Shown here in pieces: positions 25,060 to 38,405 of a DNA stretch of 64,000 bases. The notes under the pieces were generated by a model. That model ran no database searches. It was not told the origin of the DNA and saw nothing but the letters and a program-made list of their open reading frames with translations. The DNA comes from Lama guanicoe (Eukaryota): the NCBI GenBank assembly GCA_013239625.1, contig MU053994.1, positions 3,415,589 through 3,479,588 on the forward strand, read 5' to 3'. How positions within the stretch are numbered: position 1 is the stretch's first letter; each line of letters starts with the position of its first letter. Position numbers and translations under genes: made by a program.

Positions 25060-28000
25060 TCTGCATATTTAAAAAGTCAATACACAAAAAAGTCCAACAC
25101 TGTAAACAAAATTAAACAGGCAAATTTGGGGAAAATACTTGGAAATATGTGAAAAAAGTAAAATCCTTAGTAAATAAAGAATTCTTACAAAAATGGCAAA
25201 AAGTAAAAGAAAGTGAGCAGATAAAGAAATGGGAAAACATACTTTAAAAATATTTGACCACACTAGTAATAAAATAAATGCAAATTAAACCAACATTTCA
25301 TTTTGACCTATCAAAATGTAAACATGGATACTGTCATCTATCAAGAATCAAGCCAAGGATCAGTCCTTTTTACCCTGGGGACATCTGCTTACACAGAAGA
25401 TCTCTAAAGGAAAGCAAGTCAGAATACAGAGGAATCTCATAAACTACCCTCCAACACTGAGCTAGGACCCTAAAGGGTTAGGGGTGAAACAGAAGTAATC
25501 AGCTTCTTCACAAGTTTGCAATCTGGCTTTACCTCTGACTGGTCCTGAAAATTCAAGCCTTGAAACTTGATTAAGATAGTCCCAAATTGCTAGTGTCTAC
25601 AAGTGTCTGGTAAAAGCAAATAAAAGTCCTCTCTAAAGGAAGAAAGGATCATTCAAGGCCAATAATTTTCAAAATAATTTCTAGCACGGAGTCAGAATTA
25701 ACCAGGTACATAAAGATATCCTGACCAAGAATCAGAAAAAATGACAGACAATAAAGACAAACAGGGATTTCATAACTTAGATTATCCAACACAGATTATT
25801 AAAATAATGAAGTTTACTAAGTCCCAGAATATAAAAGTTGAGCTTGAATTTTTTTTTGCAAAAAAAAGAGAAAGAAATGTAGCTTTAAAAAAGTAAAAAC
25901 ATACAAAATACAGAAAAAAAGGTAGAAGATCGAGAGAATACCATAAGATATACCTATATCTATACTTAATTGGGTCACAAAGGTGATGAGAGAAAGAAAA
26001 AGGCAGAGGTAATATCTGAAGAGAGAATGGCTGAGAACATTCCCTAAACATAAATAATACCAATACACTGATCCAAGAGACCTAAAGACCTAAGGCAGGA
26101 TTAAAAGCACACACAACACATCACAGAGGAAACCACAGAAAACAGAAGATGAAGAAAACATTTTTTCAATAACCTGAAAAATAAAGACAGACTACCCTCA
26201 GAGAGAAGACTACTAGCTGAATTCTTAACATCAGTGGAAGCCGGAAGACAGTGGAATGATATCTAATGGAAAGAAAATATCAACCTAGAATTCTCTGCTC
26301 AGTGACTATCCTTCAATACTGAAAGGAAAATAAGGAAAGTCTGAAACCAGCAATAATGGAGAGTTTGTGGCTAGCAAACCGACACAAGGAAAATTAATCC
26401 AGATAAAACCTTACAGATGCTGAAAGAATAAAGAACAAAGAAAGGATAAGTGTGTGGGTAAATCTAAATGAATACAAACAATAATATAATTTGGAGTGAT
26501 GTAAATACATGTAACTTATGGACTTATACACATAAATGTAACTTATATATGTGAAAACAATAGCCTATAAGTCAAGGGGGGGCATTATATTGCATTAATA
26601 TGTTCTACAGTGCTTGTGCTGTTCAGCTAAACAATAATGGTATCAATATTAGAATTTGATGAATTAGGGAGGCATACTGTATATTCTGGGCTACACGCTC
26701 AGGTAACAGCAAAGAGTGCTTAAACTTCCAAATTAATAAAAGAAAAATAAAATGATAAAAAAATTCAATTGATCCAAATAAATCAGGGCAGGTGAAGAAA
26801 TTAAACATGTAACAAGTGGTAAAAATAGAAAGCACAAAAGACCATAATGTCAATCAAAATACACCAAAATATAATTAAATGCTCCAATTAAAAGACAAAG
26901 ATTAAGAGTCTAGAATAAAAAGCAACTACATGTCTTTAACAAGAGACCCAACTAAAAACTCAACGATACAAAGATTGAAATTTAAAGAAGGAAATAAAGC
27001 CTAGAAGATTAAATCTAAAGTAGAAGAATGGAAATAACAACAAGCAGAAATTACTGAAATAGAGAATAAACACACAATAAAAAGGATTTACAAAGCTAAA
27101 AGTTGTTGTTTAAAAGACGAATAAAACTGGTAAATATTTGGCAAGGCTGAGAAAGAAAAAGAAAAGGCACAAATTACTAGTATCAAGAATTAAAAAGATC
27201 CTGTTAGAGACTGTTAGAGATATTATGAACCGCCTTACAACAAAACTGTTTAAAGTTTAGATAAAATGCACTCATTGCTAGTGAAATACAATTCACCAAA
27301 AGTGACAGAGAAATAAATAGAAAACTTGAATATTCCTTTAAGTATTTAAGCAATTGAATCAGAAATGGAAACTCTTTTCACAAGAAAGTCTGGCCTATAT
27401 GGGTTTATAGGTGAGTTCTACCAATCATACATGGAAAACAAAAAGAAACAAACAAACAAACAAACAAAAAACAGAGGACACTCCTCAATTCATTTTATGA
27501 GGCTAGCATAATCTAGATCTAAAAATCTGTTATGGACAGTACAAGAAAATTGAAGTATAATCTTCCCACAAATATAGATGTAAAGTCTAAACGAAATACA
27601 AGCAAAGCAAATCTAGCAATATATAAAAAGGTTTATACATCATGACCAAGTGTGGTTAACCAAAGAATTAATGAAATTCACTGCATTAACAAAGAAGAAA
27701 ATAATTTCAATAAATACAGGAAAAAAAGCATTTGATAAAATTCACCATCTGTTTACGCTTAGAAAACTCTAAGATCAGAAATAAACAAAGGTAACTGCTA
27801 TCACCATTATTCTGGATCCACTGCAGTAAAGGTTAGAGAAATAAATAAATAAAACGTTAAAGAATTGGAAAGGAATAAACAAAATCTTCCTTATACATAG
27901 ATGATATGATCAGGTATGCAGGAAATCCAAACAGTTCCACAGATAAATTATTGGAATTGATGAAGCTTGATAAATAGAAGGAATATAAAGTCAATACAAG

Positions 28001-29670
28001 GAAAAAGGAAAGGAGAAAGGAGAGAAAAAGAGAAAGAGAAAAAGACACTGTTTCATTTTTAAAAGCAAATGCCTAAGAATCTAACTAAAGATGTACACAA
28101 TTTCTATGGAGATAATTTGATTTCTTTATTGAAAGAAATCAGAGACCTAAGTAAGTGGGAAGACAGACACCAACCATGTTCATGAATTGGAAGACTCAAT
28201 ATTAAAAATCTGTCAGTTATTCTCCAGTTGCTACAAAGATTTGATTTAATAATTCAAGGCAAAATCCCAACAGTTTTTGTAAATGTGTGTGTGGGTAAAC
28301 TGACAACTTGATTCTAAAATGTATATGGAACATGCAGAGACAAGTACAGCTCTCAGGACATGTCTGAAGAAGAACAAGGTGGAAGGCTCTGCTCTACCAG
28401 GACTTATTTATGGTAAAGCTACAGTAAGTAAGACAACATGCTCTTGGCACAATGCCAGGCAAATAGGCCAATGGACCAGAATAGAGCCTGGAATAATCAT
28501 ACAGATATAGATGCCTGATTTGTGGCAAAAGAGGTACTACCGAGCAGTCTTTTCAGTAACTGTGCCGAGACTACTGAATATCCACGTGGAAAGAAATGAA
28601 ATTGGACTGCTACTTCACAATGTACCCTAAATCAGTTCCAGATGGATGATAAAACACAGGAGAATACCTTAATCTCAGGGGAGTAAATATGCCTTAAACA
28701 AGATACAAAAACACTGGTCATTAAATTAAGAATGATAAATTAGACTACATAAAAATCACAAATTTCTGTTTATCAAAAGATACCATTGAAAGAATGAAGA
28801 GATACATCACTAAATGCCAATCAGGGAAAAGTAATCAGGAAAAATTACAAGGAAATTCTACTACACACCAATTGGCAAAAATTAAAAATCCTGACAATTC
28901 CAAGCGAGTATTAGCAAGAGAAAGCAAAATAGGTAATAATTAATTATGAGAATAAAAGGAGAGCACTGTGAATAAGAACTAACATCAATATTTTAAATAG
29001 AGGCAATGCCAGGAAAACTGGGACTTGGATCACCTTAGAGAGCCATATACCACTGGTAAAGAGTCAGTTTGTACATCCACTTTAGAAAATAGCTTCATGT
29101 TATCTAGGCAAACTGAAGTTGCACATACTCTAAAACGTATTAATTCCACCCCTAGGTCTATACTATGAACGTGCATTTAGGTGCACTGGGATAAAGGTAT
29201 AAGACTGTTTCTAACAGCATTGTTCAAAATAGCCAAATCTGGAAATAATCCAAATACCCATTAACATTAGCATGAATACATAAATTGTGAATGTTTGCTC
29301 ACACTATATAGCAACAAGATGAAGGAGTGCAAACCAACCTGGATCAATCTCACAGGCCAAAAAGAGTATGTACTGTATGATTCCATGTAAATAAAGATTT
29401 TAAAAGACAGATAACAATTACATTATTCAGGGATACTTATTTGGATGGTATAGATATAAAAACATGGAAACGAAGTCTAGGGTAAAGTTAATTCTGAGCG
29501 GTAGGAGGTTGTAACCAGAAAGCAGAATTTGGGGGTTGTTGAGGTGCTGGCAGTTTTTAAATTTCTTGATTTGGATTGCAGTTAAATGGGTGTTCACATT
29601 ACAATAATTGCTTATGCTTGTACAGTTCTGTGTATGCATTTTTCTAAATGTGATACATCCCATAAAAAGG
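25060..29670 (+). mobile_element. Long, heavily decayed L1 (ORF1, ORF2, 3' UTR pieces)
   Basis: Ordered ORF1 ('tcaacctagaattctctgctcag'), ORF2 ('caattcattttatgaggctagcata', 'ccatgttcatgaattggaagactcaatatt') and 3'UTR motifs. ORF 28319-28510 is an ORF2 remnant. Confidence 0.85.
28931..29037. mobile_element. MER94-like hAT-Blackjack MITE inside L1
   Basis: 'gagaataaaaggagagcactgtgaataag' and the terminus 'aaaactgggacttggatcacct' resemble MER94. Confidence 0.5.
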
Positions 29671-30620
29671 TTAAATCTATGTGTGATGTAGGTGTTTGTA
29701 GGCATTCATACACTAGTTCTAGTATCCTGTAATTCTGCTTCTAAAAACTTATTTTGAGGGAATAAGACAATCAGGGGGTATGCACAAGTAATTCTGTATA
29801 AAAATATTATTAATCATAATATTATTTCTAATAAGGAAAAACAGAACACACTGTAAATATTCAACTTTAGGACAAATATTATATATAGCAAATGTACATA
29901 GTTTAGACATGTTAATGCAGCCATTAAAACATTACTTCTAAAAAAGAATCTAATGGTATAGAGCAAAATGCTTAAAATTATTAAGTGAAAAGAATCAGGA
30001 TACAAAATTGCATATTCAATTTACTGCAATTGTGATAATGAGTGTAAACAGAAGGAAATGTTCTGAAATGTTCATTGTGATTACCTTTTGCAAATAGCAT
30101 TCTTTTTGTCATTATACTTTTCCGTAATTTCTAAATTTGTACAAAGCATGTATATCATAAAGGTTGTTTACACTAAAAACTACTTATAATTCATTTTAAA
30201 TGAACAAGCTACTTCTTTTAAATAACAAAGTTAACTGAATTTTCTTCTTACTTTATATGTACATAAATTTATTCAAAATTATTTTAGTGTTTGAAGGTCA
30301 GCTTTCACATATTAAAAAACCACTAGAGTGAGAACGCCAAATGTATTTCTAAGGTAGTAGGTATCAGAATGCAGACTGTTTCCTAAATCATTCAAAATTT
30401 AAAATCTACTCTACACTGTAGCATCTCAATCTAGGGATTGTTTTATACAAAAATTGGGACATCCACTTTTTAAAAAAAATTGATGTCAAAATAATACAGT
30501 AATTATAAAGTTTAAAAAATACCCAACTTTGCAATCATCTTTATAGGTCATTATATTTTGTTTGCAGGTCCAGGAGTTTATTAACTCAAAACTCTTCTTC
30601 TGTTTATCGCTATTTTAGTT

Positions 30621-31149
30621 TGTGCAGAAAGGAGTTAATATAGCAGGACTAAACTATTATCTTTCAAAAGGGTTGAAAGGTCTGCCTATCAGGCTGACTT
30701 CTGATTGGCATCTGTGAACTTAGATGGGTTCCTTCCCTCTTAGCTCAAAAGAGTGGCTCAGTGTGTCTAAACTGCTTGGGCAAACAATATGATTTATCCG
30801 GAACACCTGCTTTCTTTCTGGGAGTCTGGAATTTGGTATGCACCAGGCCGAGGGTGCTTACGAGACAAGCCCCTGATATAAACCCTGGGTGCTGAGTCTC
30901 TAATGAGCTTCCCTGATAGACAACATCTCACATGTGTTATCACAGCTGGTTGCTGGCATAAGACCCTTGAACACTTGTGCCTGGTTGCCCCTGGACTTCA
31001 ACCCCTGTACCTTTTCCTTTTGCTGATTTTGCTTTATACTCTTTAGTTGGAATAAGTCATAGCTGTATGACTGTCTGCTGAGTCCTGTGAGTTCTCTTAG
31101 TGAACCTTCAAACCTGGGGTGGCAGGGGGTCTTGGGGACTCCTCACACA
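30621..31149 (+). mobile_element. Solo LTR, MER21-like
   Basis: TG...CA termini; starts TGTGCAGAAAGGAGTTAATATAGCAGG and contains 'gagtctctaatgagcttccctg'. Flanks tagtt/tagct are a probable 5-bp TSD with 1 mismatch. Confidence 0.85.
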
Positions 31150-33164
31150 TAGCTCTTAAAACTAAAATGCAATTAAACATTTAGTATGTGGTAAAGCTAA
31201 GTCAAGAGAAAAATTCAATTTTAAAAAGCTTATAATGATACAGAAGTTCTTCTTTCAACTAGCATTTATCAAAGGCCTACAGAGGCAGCCAGCTAGGTCT
31301 TTTCATGTATCTTATTGAATTACCTTAAGTATCAGGTTTCTAATGTTTACTAGGACCAAACAATACTTCCCAACCATTTCTTGCTACCCAGCACTTATGC
31401 AGGCATTCAATTAATATGTGCTGAATACCATTACACATAAAAACAAAAAATCAAAATAGTTAAGACTAGCTATAAAAGTTCGCACAAATTTTCATATAAA
31501 TTAAAATGCTACAGCCAAGATATTTCTTGCCTGATATGAAACAAATATATTTCCCCTTAAGTGGCAAGTTTGCTGGTAAGTAATAATAAGCTCTATCAGT
31601 ATAAATGCATTCCACAAACATTCCCTTCCCGGAGCATAAACGCTAGACTAAAAATAAAATTAAAAAAATAAACTTAAAATAAATGAAAGAGCTTTCAGTC
31701 TATTTATCTCTTTTGTGAGGTTCAAAAATACAAACTGTTGATATTATTTAAAAGATACAAACTATTCTTTTCATATCATATGTCTTTTAAATTCATATTT
31801 AATTACTGTATAGTCTCCCTATGGTACATGTAATCATTCTATAATAAGCTAATTAAACTTCCTTGGCCAGCCAATTTAGGATTTACAGCTAAACTCAAGT
31901 ATCAGACACTAGTAAAGACAAGTCCTGTTGTGTTACTTAGAAATAAACATTTAATTTTGGGAGGGCAAGGTGACATGACACAGCTCTGTCCTCAGAATTG
32001 AACCTACATTTTAAAATACTTATTTTTTTTGAAATAACAGCAAACTGCTACAGAGAAGTCCTAATTTAAGTGTAACCCCTAAGCAATGGATGTAGTGTAA
32101 ACACATGCAGATTTCTAACAAACTACTGTATGTTGGGGAAAATGACAACATAGTCTCTAAATAGTACTACTTCTACTTTAAAGGTCAGTCATCTCTTGAC
32201 CTCTTGTTTCAGGACCCACATTTGTTGAAACTGAATACCTAGGAGGTGGGGCCTGGTTGGTTACACGCTGGTTTAACAAGATCTACTTTTTCCAATGCTA
32301 AGTTTTGAAATATACTGCTCTAATCTTTACTAGCTCTAAAATTCTGGTTCTGCCTCTGTATTTGAGTATTCTTTAACTTGTAAACCATTTGTAATTAAAT
32401 GAGTATCAACTTGTTCTAAGGATCTGCTATCATGATAAACAGCGAGATTGGACCATATAATTTCTTGATTTCAGTTTAGGGGGAAAAAAGGGAGAGCTGG
32501 TTATAGATAATCTGTGGCAAAGAAAGATATGGATACCATATTAAGAAACTCACTGATAATCAAAATATATTGTTTGGTCTATCCTTTTCTCCATCAAAAT
32601 TATCAGAGCTATTTCCAAGCAGCCAACGAATAGCAGTCAACTGCCCTTACTTCATTTGCTTTCCCTTTCCCTATCTGCTCCATATTGGTGTCATGTCAAA
32701 AAACTGTGGAAAGGATCCAGATAACCCATAACCTGAGCAATGAGCTCCTGAATACCAGGGTCAGTAGATACATTGCCAGAAGCAGGGAACAAAATCTGGC
32801 GTAGCTTTGTCTACATTACAACTATGTAAGCAATCTCTTACCTAGCCAGTAGGTGGAGGCACACACAAACTTACTGCTTTGCTCTTTGATCCACAGGGCC
32901 TTAAATCTTACAGTAATGGATGGTTTGGGGTTTGTTCATTTGTTTTAAACTTAGGAAATCAAAGAGAATCAAAAAAACTGGGCAAGAACAACTACTGAGA
33001 TAAATTTATAAAAACGAATGATACAAAAGAACAATTTTATATTTCTATTTTGTTTCTGACCCTTTTGAGAAATAACTAAGTTATTTTAACTGTGAATTTA
33101 TAATCTACTTCCAGACCCCTAGAGCTAATAAAACAATTCTAAATTGAGAAATAAGTGCTTTAAA

Positions 33165-33525
33165 AATTCCTGTTCAGTCAGGGAAAATTGAATATCAACT
33201 GAATATGACACAATAGTAAGGAGTTATTGTTGATTTTGCTAGACATAATAATAGTATTATGTATAGGGGGAGAAATAGATATGTATACACACACATACGC
33301 ACACATACACATACAGTCCTTATCTATAAATACAAACAGGAGTATTTATAGGTGAAATGATATTGTTTTAGAAATAACCAGGGGGAAAAAAAGGACAACA
33401 GTAAAGGACAGAACAAGAATGGTAAAATATTGATAACTATTGAAGCTCAGTGACAGGTACACTGAGGTTCATTATACTATTCTCTTTTTATTTGAAATTT
33501 CCCAGAATAAAAGGTTAAAAAAAAT
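33165..33525 (+). mobile_element. Old L1 3' UTR end
   Basis: 'tgataactattgaagctcagtgacaggtacactgaggttcattatactattctc...aataaaaggttaaaaaaa'. Confidence 0.75.
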
Positions 33526-34904
33526 AGAAAGCCATTTTCTAGTGATTTGGGTTAACACCAAGATTAGGTGACTGATAAATTCTCAATATACAGTCATCGA
33601 TAAATTATTTCAATCATAACTGAATGACACAAAATTAGCTCTATAAAATACCATATAACTCAACACTGAGAAACTAAAACTAACCTGTGAAACCCACTAC
33701 AAACAATACCTTAGGGTTACAGAGCACATCACCATCTTACAAAGTGAATTCACATATTTTTCTCATCTAGTTTTCATAATTTTATGAAGACTTTCAAGTT
33801 AAAAGACTTAAAAAAGTCACATAATTAGTAAAAGTGACAGAGCTGGGATACTAACCACAGTTTTATGACACCAAGGACCATCTTCTCTCTATTACATTGT
33901 CACTTAGACCCCTTTGAAATAAACAGCAAATATGAAATTTAGATGAATTTAAAATTTTTGCTTTCTATGCTCATTGTAGTATATGGTAAAATCTGTTTTC
34001 TAGTTTTCTCAGTAAATAAAAATATGTACAGAAACAGGTTTCTTGACTGAAGAATAAAATTAAGTCAGAAAAAGTGATTTAAAAAGAATGATAATATCTT
34101 AAAATTTGAAGAGATGTTAGAGGCCCTCTCCAGTTCAAAACTAAAATTTTTTCTTCAGGCACCTTGGATGGATCCAGCTTAGTGTAAGCACTTCCAGTGA
34201 GTAATGGTAGACTCTAGTGAGTAATGGAGACAGCCTGCTTCATTCACAAGAGTTAGTCTAATCAAGGAGGGCTTCCTGGCTTAGAGGTGAAATCTACCTG
34301 ACACCTGTTGATTCCACTTACAGTTCCTGACCCGACACTGAATAAACATATAATCCTCATACACACGATGACCTTTCAAATAACTGAGGACATCCATTAT
34401 GTTCTACCATGGGCTTCTGCCCTGAGGACTCTCAGCAGAAAAAGAAAACCAATAGATGCTTGGGTAACTAAAGTCTAGTCTTTTCAATAGCTCTTCCATG
34501 CCAAATGGTCTTCAAAATGGGAGTTGGGTTATCTCTGGCAGAATCCAAAGTCCTTCCAGGGGACACATGTATTAGGATATGTTTAAGGCATTTAAGCAAT
34601 ATCTACATTTGCCATAATTTGGTCTCTCTGAAAACAAGTCTGTGGTCTGCTAATTTTCCTTTCGTATCTCCACTCATACGAATCCAACTCAAAAGACAAA
34701 CTGCTCACCCATCCTGAAAACACTGCCTAGCTTCAAAGAGACAACTGGGGAATGCAAAGCTACTGAGGAAGGGAGCGACCCATGACAGCAGAACAGCTTT
34801 GGAAAGGAAAGAGAGGGGCACCTTATTTCATCCAGATAATATATTCATGGCAAAGCCTTATCTATTTTAGAATTAGAAATCAATAGCAAGATGACTGTTA
34901 CAGT

Positions 34905-35185
34905 GGTGTCTATTAACACTTCAATTTTATTTGAAAAATGAAGTCAGTTTTTTTTTCTAACAGAAAGCGAGTCTGATTTGGCTGACTGGTTTGACAATGA
35001 TGACTAGCTTTGCCATGCAGGTCACAAAGCACTTTCCATAAATCGAATGAGATAAAGTTACAGCTCTACAGCTTTGAGGAAAATATCCTCACAATTAAAG
35101 TTTTTACATATCAACTGAAAGATATGTGTGGAAGTACACAGTTTTCAAAAATCTTTCAGTAGGTTTGTTAACAAAGCTTTGGAAG
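34905..35185 (+). mobile_element. hAT-Charlie transposase relic
   Basis: 'tttctaacagaaagcgagtctgatttggctgactggtttgacaatgatgactag' reads as a degenerate Charlie-like transposase segment (..SDLADWFDNDD*). Confidence 0.5.
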
Positions 35186-35586
35186 GCTGTGACTCTATGA
35201 CAGCATTTCTAGGCCTTTCCCACTCTGGCTACCCCCTTCTGGAAGCAGTGTCCCGCTTACTATGAACACTCCAGGGAGAACGGGCAATGTGCAATACAGT
35301 GGGAGTGCGGCTTAGTTCTGAATACGATGTAATTCTAATTAATGTAGCTGGAAGGTTCCATTCAGGGCTTTTTAAAACTGGTGCAACAACTAAGTAAAAT
35401 GTTTACATCTTTTTCACAAAAGCACTTACAACTGAGTTCACAGTGATCTTGCACTTACACATGTGAATGAATGCATTTAAATTAACTGGTCTTAAACCTT
35501 CATCTTTATTTCACAGCTCCTTTGCTTCAAGTTTGTGAAATATTTTAAAATTTTGATTTAGATATTCAATGCATTAGCTAGGCCCC

Positions 35587-35995
35587 TATAGGGGACAGTT
35601 ACTGACATGGCTCCCAGCGACCATCACCTCCTGGTATTCACACCCTGTGTAATCCCCTGCCCTGGTGTGTGGGCTGGATCTAGTGACTTATTTCTAACCA
35701 AGAGAATATGGCAGAAGTTTCAGAGATTAGATTACAAGACAGACTTCAGTCTTGTTAGTACTCTTGCACTCCTGTTTGCTGGCCAGATGAAGCCAGCTGC
35801 CATGTTGTGAGCTGCTCTATGGAGAGGCCCAGTGATGAGGAACCTCGGGAGGCCTCGGTCCACCAGCCTATGAGGAACCAAGGCCCTCAGTTTAATAGCA
35901 TGCTTCCAGCAACCATGTGAGTGAGCTTAGAAGTGGAGCCTTCAAATGATTTTAGCCCTGGACAATGCCTTGATTACCACTTTGTGAGAGACCCT
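35587..35995 (+). mobile_element. MaLR LTR (MLT1F-like), partial
   Basis: 'atggctcccagcgaccatcacctcctggtattcacaccctgtgtaatccc' and 'gaagccagctgccatgttgtgagctgctctatggagaggcc'. Confidence 0.85.
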
Positions 35996-36614
35996 AATGA
36001 AAGTCACTGATTAAAATTTTGAACAGAATAGTATGCCATCCTATAAAGCTTTACATAATCTCTTTGGACACAATCATCCAACAAGCTGTGAAACTAGCCA
36101 GTTGTACTATCCTTAGCTCACATTTCTCCATCTTACTGACAAAAAACATGGCTTTTTAAAATCAAGATACACTGTTATCTATTTCCTTCATATGCCAACA
36201 TGGTGATTATATTAAAAGATTATATTAAAAGTGGAAGATAAGTCTGTTATTGCTTGTTTTTAGTTGCTAGATAGGTTTGCTACATGGAGGCCTCTACTCC
36301 CATCCCACCCCTTTACTGACTCCTGTGGTCAGAATTTTGTATTTTGGGGCCTCTTATTCTTCTGAACTCTATTTCCTCTTTGAGCTGCTTCTTTGAAGTA
36401 CGCCAAAAATGTGATGGTAACTGAATATGCTCAACTTTTGCTTCCTAAGTCATTTTGAACCTTAAGATGAGATAATCCTTTTATTCTCATTACTTTAGGT
36501 CTTTCTAAACAGATAAGTTCACAATTATTGCTAAAGTTTAAAAAAAGCGTTAGCATTATCCAAGATTGATGTTGCTCAAAACTTTAACCCTTAAGAAAAT
36601 AAAATTTACACTCA

Positions 36615-36821
<207 letters not shown>

Positions 36822-38254
36822 CTAACTATAGAGATGAAATCCCCCGCTTAGGCTAAGCTTAACTCTTTACCCTTCAAACCTTTGACAAGATAACTTTTTC
36901 ATATTTTTTGTCAGCTTAAATCTATATATATTATACAGTCACATTTTATTAATAAGAAATGTAAATAGCACAAGTAAACACTTTCCCCAAATTCTTGTAA
37001 TCAGGTTTCAAAATGTATAACTCTCTCTTCATCAGCCAATAACTCAATTTGCTATCTTGAATTTTACTTTACTTTCCTAGTTTTCCCTAAATTGCATAAG
37101 AATATGATGTTTATGCTATAGCCTAAAAATCTAGCATTTATAAACACACATCAGAGAAGTTACATGGAATAGGGGGTGAAAAAATGGTATGATTAAACAG
37201 GAAAAGCCCTACTCCCAGCATTAAAGTCAGATTTTTTTTTACAGCATCTATAAAATAGGTTGGATAATTCAGGACACTACCTAGAGTGTTACTCTGAAGA
37301 ACAAATTCAGATAATGTAGGTAAGACTACTGTGTAAGTTATTTAATACTATTTGGAAAATACAACTGTTAATATTCTTATCATCATCATCATCACAGAAA
37401 AATGGTTTAGGCACAGGTATCATTTGCCATGTCTACATGCAACAAGATAAATAAAGCCTTCCTTTGTTAATAGTGCTGGAGTTTTACTTGCTTGCAGATG
37501 AATAAAATCCAATGGACACTTTTATACTGGAAACAGAAGGGAGACAGGTAGAGAAGAATCAAGACTAAAGATAAATTGCACAAAGCGGAAGAGATAACAT
37601 TGTCTCCTCTCTGATTTGTTAATTCAACTTACTCTTGTTAACAAGAACGATGGTAGCAGAAGGCACCTCAGAAGACTTACATGAAGTGTAAGTGAGGGAA
37701 AGAAGTCAGTAATTAAGACAAAAGAGAAGCCACCAGAAAAGAAGAATCAATAATACAATAGTAAGAAGGTCAAGGGAATAGGGGGAATTAAGGCACAGAC
37801 TGGAGTTGAAGAAGGCTGAGAAAAGGATGTATGTAAGATTCAACCAGAAAAGACCATTAATATTCTGAGTCAGAAGAAGATGAAGTTCTGCGGAGAGGTC
37901 AGGTTCAAAGTTAGTATGCAGACAATTATATAATAATAAATTTAGATTTATCCTGTCTTTCACTGGTCTAAGTTAACGTGGTTATTGTGACTTAATGTCT
38001 CAACAACTCTGTGAGGTAGGTATTTTTCAAATGAGGAAATTGAGACTTAAATCTGTTCAAGATCACATAGCTATTACAAGGGGTAGGTTTTGAGCTCTGG
38101 CCCGTCTAACTCTAAATTCAGTCCTTCCATGATGCCATGCTGGGTTTAGACAGGATTCTGGTAGTAGGAAAAGAACAGGAGGGTCAAAGCAGGGTTTGAT
38201 TTGTCTGTATTTGCTGTTGTTTTAAAGGGAACGCTCTCTATGTTTGTAAGTGGC

Positions 38255-38405
38255 AGTAATGAAAAGCCCATACGATCTGGAGTCAGAAAACCTGGTGCCA
38301 GTTCGGCCTCTATGACTACCACTTGCCAGCTGACTGGTAACCTCTACAAACGCCTTGCTCATGGCAAATGAAATGGGGAAGGTGACAGGTGATGCAGGAC
38401 CTGCA
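38255..38405 (+). mobile_element. MIR fragment
   Basis: 'ctggagtcagaaaacctgg...ctctatgactaccacttgccagctgactgg...aaatgggg'. Confidence 0.55.

Noticed and set aside
36205..36231. 13-bp tandem duplication gattatattaaaa x2
   Set aside because: Ordinary slippage duplication in AT-rich sequence.
37308..37395. Minus-strand GTGATGA...CTGA spaced like a C/D snoRNA
   Set aside because: The C box is part of an (ATC)n microsatellite, there is no terminal stem, and I recognised no rRNA guide.
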